From NCBI GenBank assembly GCA_013265495.1, contig MU058432.1, positions 137,985 to 201,984 of the forward strand: 64,000 nucleotides of DNA. Reading direction: 5' to 3'. Shown piece by piece: positions 48,108 through 59,200 of this stretch. This stretch comes from Vicugna vicugna (lineage: Eukaryota). The position numbers and the translations under genes were made by a program. Positions within the stretch are counted from its first letter, which is position 1, and each line of letters opens with the position of its first letter. A model generated the notes under the pieces. It saw nothing but the letters and a program-made list of their open reading frames with translations, was not told where the DNA came from and searched no databases.

Positions 48108-49037
48108 TCAATTGCAACACCTTCCCATGCACCTCCTCAGAGCCCCCAACACTTCTTTGTTCCTAAGGCTGTAGATGAGTGGGTTGAGCATGGGGGTCAC
48201 TATAGTGCCAAGAACAGCTACAAGCTGGTCTTGGTCAGGTGTGTGGGATGAGGTGGGCGTCATGTAGATGAAGATGGCCTGACCAAAGTAGAGACTTACC
48301 ACTGTCAGGTGGGAGGAGCAGGTGGCCAGCGCTTTGTTCCTGCCTTTGCGAGAGTTCATCTGGAGAACTGTGAGGAAGATGAGTGTGTAGGAGGTGAGGA
48401 TGAGACTAAATGGGACCAGGAGAAATACAATGGTTGACACAAATATCACCATCTCATAGACTGATGTGTCAGTACAAGACATTCTCAAGATGGCAGGCAT
48501 CTCACAAAAGTAATGATTAATCTCCCTGGAACCACAGATAGGGAAGTTCATTGGGTAGACGGTATGTACAAGGGCTGCAAGGGCTCCCCCAATCCAGGCT
48601 GCAGCAGCCATCTGGAGACAGACCTTGGGGTTCATGAGGACTGTGTATCTCAGGGGCTTACAGACGGCTACATAGCGATCACAAGCCATGAGTGTCAGCA
48701 AGATGCACTCAGCAAGGGCAAGGGTGAGGAAAGAGAAGAGCTGAGTGGCACAGGCCAAATAGGAAATGTTCTTCTTCCCGGTGAAATAGTTGATGACCAT
48801 CTTGGGGACTGTGCTGGAGATGAAAGCCAGGTCAACGAGGGAGAGCTGACTGAGCAGGAAGTACATGGGGGTGTGGAGGCGGGAGTCCAGCCAGATGAGG
48901 AGGATCAGTATGGAGTTCCCAGTCAGGGCAATGGCGTAGAAAAGGAGGATGATGAGCATGAGCAGGTGGGGGTGTCTGAACCAAGGAAAGAGGCCCAGGA
49001 GGATGAAGTCAGTTGAGCTTTCATTCTTCTGGCCCAT
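48108..49037 (-). CDS. Olfactory receptor, class II, family-2-like (OR2T/2L/2AK/2AV-type clade), 309 aa, intact
   Basis: Single-exon ORF from MGQKNESS (N-glycan site) with GN, LHTPMYFLL, MACDRYVAVC, HYFCE, SY, KALATCSSHL and PMLNPLIYSLRN motifs; no stop or frameshift. Confidence 0.96.
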   Translation of the reverse strand: MGQKNESSTDFILLGLFPWFRHPHLLMLIILLFYAIALTGNSILILLIWLDSRLHTPMYFLLSQLSLVDLAFISSTVPKMVINYFTGKKNISYLACATQLFSFLTLALAECILLTLMACDRYVAVCKPLRYTVLMNPKVCLQMAAAAWIGGALAALVHTVYPMNFPICGSREINHYFCEMPAILRMSCTDTSVYEMVIFVSTIVFLLVPFSLILTSYTLIFLTVLQMNSRKGRNKALATCSSHLTVVSLYFGQAIFIYMTPTSSHTPDQDQLVAVLGTIVTPMLNPLIYSLRNKEVLGALRRCMGRCCN

Positions 49038-52000
49038 GTTTTCATTCCAGTGCTTTATGTAAACTAAAAACTTGCAGAAGCAAAATAACATAACAGAGGA
49101 TGTGGTGCTTTGCTAAAATAATGTCAGCTCCTGGTCAGGACCCTCTCCTCTGTACATGTATGGATAGGACTAAAACAGTACTTTCTTGTCAAAGAGGAGT
49201 TGAAGAACAATTTCATCAAATTAAACACATGTGCCTGTAAGTTTACAATACAGTACCTTGGATGGTTTGATGTGGGCCAATGAATATTTCTTCCCTTTGA
49301 CTGATAATAATCACAAACTTGACCATTATTTTCCCCACAAGTTTAAATTGTTGAATACTCTAAGCTGCTGACCTTCTTACTCCTTCATACTGCTTTTCTA
49401 CGTGTCCTCTTCCATTCATGTCCACCCCAGAGGAGCTCGTGAACTTCCCCTGAGGCTGTCTCACAGTGTTACTCAAGACATTGTAATTGTCAGCTAAATG
49501 AGAAAAGCTGTTTGCTCTATTTTACACACTAATCTCTGTAATTCTTATTTTATTCAGTTTCCTCTCTTTATTCTTACTTTAAATCTTGATTTGTCTACTT
49601 TATATTTGCACTTGAATAATTTCCGTATTCAGCTTAGGACGTAGAGACAGCAGTCACATCCCCTTGTCTGTTAATCTTTCCATCCTTGTTCATTGCCCAT
49701 AGAATTAAAAACTCATTCAAAATACTCTGAAGGTGCTGATGAAGGTCTTGCAGATGAATTTTAACTGCCATGTTTGAAGGAGTGCTGTCTTTCACCTGAA
49801 GACAAATGAAGACATATGCCCTCATTCATCTGATGACAAACATCTCATAAATATTTCATCCTTAGATCAGTGAATTGGTTTTCTTCTTTGAGTCATGATG
49901 ATTCACATGCAATGTTTCTTCCTGTTTCTAGCAATAACAATCAGAAATTTAGCTTTCTTTATCAATGATATACTTGGAATTCTTTGTTATATCAAATCTT
50001 CTATCCCTAATGCTTTCTTTTATTTGAGGTAATGAGAAAAGATCATTGTGTAACGTCTGATTGTGAATGAAAAGAGAGCAGAGTTCTGTGTGTCACACTT
50101 CCAAGGAGGAGTCACTGTAGGCTGTGGCCTCATTTCAGGCCTGTGGAATTTTGTTTCCTTAAGTTACTAGAGACCTGGGGCACGTCTGGGTACCTAGGGC
50201 ACTTTTCTGGGGTGTCCTCCTTCGAGATGTTTCTCTGTCTTCCTACTTCTTTTTGACATAAATGCTTCCCTAACATAAATATGCATTCTCTGTAGTGTGA
50301 AATGATGGGAGGATATCTTTCAAATGATGTTCCATGGTGTTCAATTATCATATATAAAATATGACATATTATTTACTTGTTTAATGTACAGAAATTATTA
50401 TAACCATGGTAGAGTGAATACATTGTAGGTTGGAAATAGGAAAAAAAGCATTAAAACTGCAAAATTACTTTGCTCTAGGAATGATAAAGGATTGAACACT
50501 GTTTCTGGCGTCTAACTGGTGACCAGTTTTTGAAATCTTTGTGCTAGTATGGAAGTCTCTTTCAAGTGTGAATGAATGATTTCCCAGATAAGCAAATTAG
50601 GTCTACAGATGTGATATATTATATCTTGCGATTGTTATGTTTTACATTTATAACTTAATATTACATTATCTTGAATTTAGAACTGTAGAGTGAAAGTGAT
50701 TCCTGTGATTTCTTTAGTAAGATCTTGGTCTGTCAGGATCTTTGTGAGCTTGGAAGTCAATGAATAGCTCTAGGATTCCATTATTTCATACGTAAATGAG
50801 ACATTGGCTACTTTATAAGGGCTGCTGTTGCCTTTTAAAATTCTTACAAAATGATTTTTTTCAAAATACATATGTTTTTGCCTTCAGATGGTCCATATGG
50901 ATGACCACAATTTACTCAAGAAATGAAAAAAAAAAAGAAACTTCAATTCTGTGGGCTATTTCAGCTGGAAATAGTAGTATTCTCTTAGTTTCTTCTCAGG
51001 AAAATTAAATTTCCCGTCCAATACTGAAGGGACTTAAATTTGTCCACTGCATAAAGTCTGAAACTGAGTGATCAATGGTCCAAGAAAGCACTCTGAAAAT
51101 CTTTTGATGCCAATAGGGAAAGGTAGACCCTATCACAAGGGCCTGTATAGATTACTGAGATTCACAACCCACTATGTTCTTTAAAGTGTCTTCAAACTGT
51201 TCTTCTGGAAAACAATGTCCAAAAAAAGGAGCACGTTCTTTGCCAGGCAGGACCAAGCTCTTCCCAGCCTAGGGCGTGATAGATAATTTGTAAGATGTGC
51301 TGCTGGAGGCCATGAGTGTCTCCTGTAATGACAGGATAGTGGAGGAGATACTGACAGTAATAATTATAACAGTAGTGGTTAACACTTACACAGGACTTGG
51401 TAAGTGCTTTACACCCGTTAACTCATTGACTGCTCATGTGGGACTTGCGTGCGGTCCTGGGGACCTGAGCAAGGGATGAACGGAGCAGTGAGCTGTCAGG
51501 CTGTGCCCCGTCAGACAATGGCTGGGGAGCTCGGGACCCAGGCACTTTCCTGCAGGTCCTCCCTCCATCAAGACACTATTCTACCTCTCTAGTCATTTAT
51601 ATATTCACTTCAAATTGTGGAAGTGATGCATTCCAAATATGATGCCTCACTGTGAGAAGCAGTCTCCCTTTCCATGGGGTCCTAACTTACCTGCTCTGGC
51701 TTGTCAAGGCTTTTTGCCCTGAGCCTTTGGTGTGGAGACGGAATGAAGAACCCGTTCACTTCTTGCACGGAAGGCAATTGTTTCATTAATAGGTAAACAT
51801 GTTCTCCCTCCCCTGGCTCCAGCCCCTCCTGGATACTGCTGCCTGCTGAACTTCCGGTAGCGGCTGCCCTCCCCTTGTGCAGCGTGGCTCTTTTGTGTCA
51901 CATTAGTAAATTATTATCTTCAGGAACTCGACCTGTCACATTTCAAGGTCCTTGAAAATGGATGAATGACACATCTGACGCACACCTGCTTTAGGTCTGA

Positions 52001-52094
52001 GATGAATATGTGAGGATTCAGTGTTGTGTTATAAATTAGATCAAGTCTTTCTATAGCCTCTGTGTCCACACAAGTGAGGAAAGCTTGAAGGGTG

Positions 52095-52130
52095 TCTCAT
52101 GGGAGTCTGTCCCCAGACTTCAATTAATTA
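52095..52130 (-). promoter_or_regulatory. Candidate OR promoter: homeodomain site plus O/E (EBF) site
   Basis: On -: TAATTAATTG (52130-52121), then CTCCCATGAGA (52105-52095); a perfect donor CAG|GTAAGT follows at 51691/51690, about 2.7 kb upstream of the OR ATG. Confidence 0.4.
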
Positions 52131-53239
52131 CAGACCTAGAATAAGTGTAGGGCTCTTAGAAACGCACTGTACAGTGTAAACAGTGCCTTATATTCTGTAC
52201 GTTTTGTTTGAAAGTAACATAATTGGGTTTTGATTGTCTCTATGGGGATGGACATGTTAAAGAAATCACATGTTGACTATGCGATAGCAAAGTACTTGGA
52301 TGAGCCTTGAAATAATGGAGAATAAAAAACGATTTTAAAAGAAGATTGTATCAGAACAAACATGAACCCTGAAGCAAAATCCCAGGCAAAAAAGCCAGTT
52401 ACTGTCATACACTTTACGCTGTCACTGATTTCAATTTCATTCCAAATTATTGTGAGTTCTCATATTCGTTTGTCTTATTGTAACCGATTTACAACGTAGA
52501 AACTGAGGAAAGATGATTAATTGAGTGGTATCAACTCTGAGTGTTCTTTCAGTCAGAGAAATAACAAGCAATGTCATCTGAAAGAAGGAATTTCAATGAG
52601 TCAAATTGCTGTGTGTGTTCTAGAAACAGTTATTATGGTTAGTAGTTTAATTGTGAGTAACTCTTTGAGTTTCCAGATGGAACAAGTTCCTTCAGAGAAC
52701 CATTTTGCTCAAAATACCGCCTGCTCACCTCTAGGAACACCGTGTGAGAGGGCTGAGCTAGCCCTGGGAGACCACATGGACTTGTCTCACAGGCGACATT
52801 TTCATGATGAACCTGAGTCTACGGTCATACTTGGCCAGGTGTGTAAGAACAGCCACCTCAGATGCCTTATGGGAGGAGGCAGTCCCTGCCAAGACATCAA
52901 TGACTGTTTTGCAAATCACCAAGTCTTCTTGAGTGTCATAGGTTTCTGCTTTCTCAGGTTCAATAGTAGGAATAAAGGGAGTCGGGGATACCAACTCGCG
53001 CATCATTGGCTCCAAGTACAGTTGAATTGCTTTCCATGCCTCCTGATATTTTTCTTGAAACAGTGAGTTACAAAATTGTCTAATACCTTTTACATCTTTA
53101 TTTAACTGCTCAGAAAGGACAACACACAGCTTGCAGCAAAAGAGTTTTGTGCATTTTTTACGTTTAAAACAGACTCACCTCTTTTGATATACAGGTGATT
53201 CTCATTATTCATGACCATTTTACCTTTTCTTCACCCCCT

Positions 53240-56200
53240 TTTCTCAGCTTTATTGACATATAATTGACAAATAAAATTGCTTATATTTAAAGTGTGCAAC
53301 ATGATGATTTCATGCGTGTGTGCTTTGAGAAATGATTACCACAATTAATGTAACACATTTATCGCCTCTCATAAGTACCTTTTTTTGAGGGGGGTGTAAA
53401 AGCTTAAGATCTACTCTCTTAGCAAATTTCAAGTGTGTAATACATGATTATCAGTGATATTCACAGTATTGTATGTTAGACTCTTAGAACTTACTGATCT
53501 TACTACAGAGTTTATACTCTTTGACCAAAATTTCCCCATTTTCCCCACCACCCAGTCGATGACATACACTACTTTACTCTCTGTTTTTATGAATCAATTT
53601 TTTTAGATTTCACATGTAAGTGAGGTTATCTAGTATTTGTCTTTCCTGTGTGATTATTTCACTTAGCATAATTTCCTCTAGGTTCATCCATGTTGTTGTA
53701 AATTGCAGATTTTTTTTATTTTAAAGATGAATAATAGTCCATAATAAATGGAACATATAAATATATGATGTAGTTATAAATAAGTATAAACACATGTCGT
53801 ATATTTATATAACAATGTTACATGTCTATAGAACGTTCTCTTTATCTGTTCCTCCATTGGCTGACACTTAAGTTGTTTTCATATCTTGTCTACTGTGATT
53901 TAATGTTGCAGTAAACATGGAAATAGAGATATTTCTTTGAGATGATGATCTCATTTCCTTCAGACTTATTACCTATAAACTGAATTTCTTGATAATATGG
54001 TAGTTCTACTTTTAATTTTTTGAGAAACAGCCATACTGGGTTTGGTAATGATTGTTCCAAAATACATCCCCACCTGTAGTATACAAAGGATCACTTTCCT
54101 CCACATCCTAACACTTATCTCTTGTCTTTTTGAAAACAGCCATCCTGGAAAGTTTTAGGTAATATATCTCATTGTGAATTTGATTTACATTTACATTTTT
54201 GGATGATTAGGGATGTTGACTGAGCACTTTGATGTGTATGTGTTGGCCATTTGTTTGTGTTCTTTGGAAAAAAATGTCTATCCAGGTCATTTGGCTATTT
54301 TTACATTAGATTGCTTGTGTTTTCGCCCTTGAGCTGTATGACTTCATTTTATATTCTATATCTTAACCCCTTGTCAGATATAAGATTTGCAGATATGTTT
54401 TCCTATTTTATAGGTTGCCTTTTTGTTTTTAATGGTTTCCTTTGATATACACAAGCATTTTAGTTCGATGTAGTCTACTTACTTATTTTTGCTTTTGTTG
54501 CCTGTTCTTTTGATGTCATATCCAAAAAATAATGGTGAAGACCAATGTCAAGACCAGTTTTGCCCCGTGTACTTTCCCAGGCATTTTACAAGTTTTCGAT
54601 CTTATATTTAAAACTTTTACCCCATTCAAGTTAATTTTTGTGAGTGGTGTAAGATAAGGGTCCAGTTTCATTCTCTTACATGTGGGTATCCAATAGTCAA
54701 ACACCGTTTGTGAAGATGCAGCCTTCCCTACTGTGTGTTCTTTGTGCCTTTGTCTAATGTTAGATGACTTACATGTGTGACTTTATGTCTGTGCTCTCTA
54801 TTCTGTTTTATTGGATTATGTTTCTATTTTTTATGCCAATATATACACTTCTAATATATTTTTGTAGTATAGCTTAATAATGTATCTTTGTAATATAGTT
54901 TGATATCAGAAAATGCAATGCTGTAATGCCCACAGTTTCATCATTGTGTCTCAAATATCTATGGCTGTTAGGATTATTTTTGGTGATAGCATATAAATTT
55001 AAAGAAAGCTTGTTATATTTTCTGTAGAAAATGCCTTTGGGTTCTTTTTGAAGTATAGTCAGCATACAATGTTGTGTCAATTTCCGGTGTACAGCTTTCA
55101 GTCATATGTTTCAATCATATTTATATATGCATATATGCATTTTTGTATTCTTTTTCATACTAGATAACTACACGATATTGAATATAGTTCCCAGTGCTAT
55201 ACAGAAGAAACTTGTTCTTTATCTATTTTATGTATAGTAGTATCTGCAAATTTTGAACACCCAATTTATCCCTTCTCATTCCCTCCATTCCCCACTTTGG
55301 GAACCATAAGTTTGCTTTGTATGTTTGTGAATCTGTTTCTGTTTTGTAAATAAGTTCATTTGTGTCTTCTTTTTTTTTTTAGATTCCACATATGAATTAT
55401 ATCATATGGTATTTTTATTTCCCTCTCTGGTTTACTTTACTTAATATGACAATCCCCAGATCCATCCATATTGCTGCAAATGGCATTATTTTATTTTTTA
55501 TGGCTGAGTAGTATTGTATTGTATAAATATACCATATCTTCTTTATCCAGTCATCTGTTGATGGACATTTGGGTTGTTTCCATGTCTTGACTATTGTAAA
55601 TAGTCAAGATAGGAACATTGGGGTGCATGTATCTTTTCAAATTAGAGTTCACTCTGGATATAAGCACAAGAGTGAGATTGTTGGATCATAGGGTAAGTTT
55701 ATTTTTAATTTTTTGAGGAATCTCCATAGTATCCTCCATAATGACTTTATCAAACTACATTCCCACCAACAGTGTAGAAAGGTTCCCTTTTTCTCACACT
55801 CTCTCAAGCATTTATCATTTGTGGACTTTTGAAAGGTTGCCATTCTCACTGGTGTGAGATGATACCTCACTGTAGTTTTGATTTGCATTTCTCTGATAAT
55901 TAGTGATGTTGAGCATTTTTTCATGTGCCTATTGACTGTTTTCATTGGAGAAATGCTTGTTTAAGTCTTCTGCTCATTCTTGGATTGGGTTTTTGGTTAT
56001 TAAATTGTATGAACTGTTTATATATTCTGAAAATTAAACCTTTGTTAGTTGCATCATTTGCAAATATTTTCTCCCATTCCATAGGTTGGCTGTTTATTTT
56101 GCTTATGATTTCCTTTTCTGTACAAAAAGCTTATTAAGTTTAATTAGGTGTCAGCTTTTTTGTTTTGCTTATGGTTTCCTTTTCTGTACAAAAAGCTTGG

Positions 56201-59200
56201 TAAGTTTAATTAGGTCTCATTTGTTAATTTTTGCTTTTATTTCTATTGCCTTGGTAGACTGCCCTAGGAGAACATTGCTAATATTTATGTCAGAAAATAT
56301 TTTGCCTATGTTTTCTTCTAGGAGAGTTATAGTGTCTTAACTTAGTGTGTGGTGTGAGGGAGTATTCTGATTTCATTGATTTACATGTGGTTGTCCAGTT
56401 TTCCCAACACCACTTGCTGAAGAGACTGTCTTTTCTCCATTGTATATTCTTGCCACCTTTGTTGAAGATTAATTGACTGTAGGTATGTGGATTTATTTCT
56501 GGGCTCTCTATTCTGTTCCATTGATCCATATGTCTGTTTTTGTGCCAATACTACACTGTTTTGATGACTGTAGCTCTGTAGTATTGTCTGAAGTCTGGGA
56601 GGGTTATCCTTTAAGCTTTGTTTTTTCCCTTCAGTACTGTTTTGGCAATTCTGGGTCTTTTTTGATTCCATATAAATTTTATGATTATTTGTTTTAGTTC
56701 TGTGAACAATATCCTGGGTAATTTGGTAGAGATCACATTAAATCTGTTGATAGCTTTGGGTAGTATGGCCATTTTAATAATATTAATTCTTCCAATTCGA
56801 GAGCATGGGATTTTTTTCTTCCTTTCCTTTGTCATCTTTAATTTTCTTAATGTTTTGTAGTTCTCCACATTATAAGTCTTTCACCTCCTTGGTCAGATTT
56901 ATTCCTAAGTATTTTTTATTGTTTTGGATGTGACTTTAAAAGGAATTGTTTCTTTACTTTTCTTTTCTGATATTTCATTGTTAGTATAAAGAATGAAACA
57001 GATTTATATATGTTAATCTTGTACCCTGTTACCTTGCCAAATTCCCTTTTCAGCTTGGGTAATAGCTGTGTGGAACTTTTAGGGTTTCCGGTATATAGTA
57101 TCATGTCTTTTGCATATAATTTCAATTTTATCCCTTCTCTTCCAATTTGGATCCCTTTTATTACATTCTTGTCTGATTGCTACGGATAGGACTTCCAATT
57201 CTATGTTGAGTGCAAGTGGTGAGAGTGGGTATCCTTGCCTTTTCCAGGTTTTAGTGGAAAGACTTTCAACATTTCACTGTTCAGTGTTACGCTGGCTGTA
57301 GGTTTATCATAAATAGCTTTTATTATGTTGAGATATGTTCCCTCTGTACCCACTTTGGTAAGACCTTTTATCACAAATAGGTGTTAAATTTTATCAAATG
57401 CTTTTTCTGCATCTATTGACATAATCATGTGATTTTTCTACTTTTTTTTAATGTGTTGTATGACGTGAATTGATTTGCATACATAGAAGCATCCTTGTAT
57501 CCCTGGGATGAATCCAAGTTGATCATAGTATGTGAACTTTTTTATATGTGTAGGATTTTGTTTGCTGATATTTTGTTGAAGATTTTTCCCATCTATGTTC
57601 ATCAACTATATTGGCCTGTAATTTTCATTTTTGGTCATATCAATACTTCTCAAACTCTTCCAAAAATTTGAATGGGAGAAAATGCACCCAAACTCATTCT
57701 ATGAAGCTACCATCACCCTGATATGAAAACCAGACAAAGTCATTGGATTTTAATAAACAGTTGCTCTGAATCTCTAGATTGTTTTGGGTAGTATGGACAT
57801 TTTTAGCAATATTAATTGTTACAATTCAAAATGTGGTATATTTCTCCATCTATTTATGATTCTTAAATTTCTTTAATTAATGCTTTATATTTTCAGTATG
57901 CAAGTGTTTCACCTCCTTAGTTTAATTTTTTCCTAAATATTTGATTTTGATGCTTTGTGAATGTTTTTTAAAATTTCTCTACAGTATTGTTCATTGTTAG
58001 TGTATAGAAACCCAAATTATTTTTGTATGTTGATTTGAATCTTGAAACTTTTCTGCTTTTGTTTAGTTCTAAGAGCTTTTTGAGGGGAGCTTCTAGGATT
58101 TTCTCCGTATAAGATTATGTCATCCCCAAACGGACATAATTTTGTTTCTTCCTTCCCACTTTGAATGGTTTTTACTTTATTTTTCTTGCATAATTGCAAT
58201 AACTGGGGATTCCACTACTATGTTGAATAGAATTGGTGAGAGTGGGTATATTTGTCTTGTTCTTGATCTTGGGGGAAAAATTTTATCTTATCACCATCGA
58301 GTAAAATGTTAGCTATGGGCTTGTCATTTAGGGCCTTATGTTGATGTACCTTCATTCTATACCCAAGTTGTTGAGAGTTTTTATCATCAAAAAATGTTAA
58401 AACTTTTTCTTTTTTTATTGAGATGTAGTCAGTTTACAATGTTGTGTCGGTTTCTGGTGTACAGCACAATTCTTCAGTCATACATGAACATACATGTATT
58501 AATTTTCATCATGAGCTACTACAAGATATTGAATATATTTCCCTGTGCTATACAGTATAAACTTGTTTATCTATTTTATATATACCAGTCAGTATCTGCA
58601 CATCTTGAACTCCCAGTTTATTCTTTCCCACCCATCTCCCCACTGGCAACCACAAGTCTGTATTCTGTCTGTGAGTCTGTTTCAGTTTTATATATAAGTT
58701 CATTTGTCTTTTTTTTTTTGGATTCCATATATGAGTGATATCATATGGTATTTTTCTTTCTCTTTCTGGTTTACTTCACTTAGAATGATATTCCCCAGGG
58801 TCATCCATGTTGCTGCAAATGGCATTATTTTATCATTGTTTGTGGCTGAGTAGTATTCCATTGCATAAATATACCACAAATCCTTTATCCAGTCATCTGT
58901 CGATGGACATTTAAGTTGTTTCCTTATCTTGTCTATTGTAAATAGTGCTGCTATGAATACTGGGGTGCAGGTGTCTTTTTGAGTTAGAGTTCCCTCTGGA
59001 TATATGCCCAGGAGGAGGATTGCTGCGTCATATGGTAAGTCTATTTTCAGTCTTTTGAGGAATCTCCATACTGTTTTCCACAATGGCTGCACCAAACTGC
59101 ATTCCCATCAACAGTGTAGGAGGTTCCCTTTTCTCCATACCCTCTTCTGCATCTATCATTTGTAGACTTTTGAATGATGACCATTCTGACTGGTGTGAGG

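Noticed and set aside
48513..49016. 167-aa + strand ORF
   Set aside because: Antisense shadow of the OR coding sequence.
49038..49091. 18-aa N-terminal extension of the OR in the ORF track
   Set aside because: Overlaps a pyrimidine-rich acceptor-like region; the ATG at 49037 gives the canonical length and N-glycan position.
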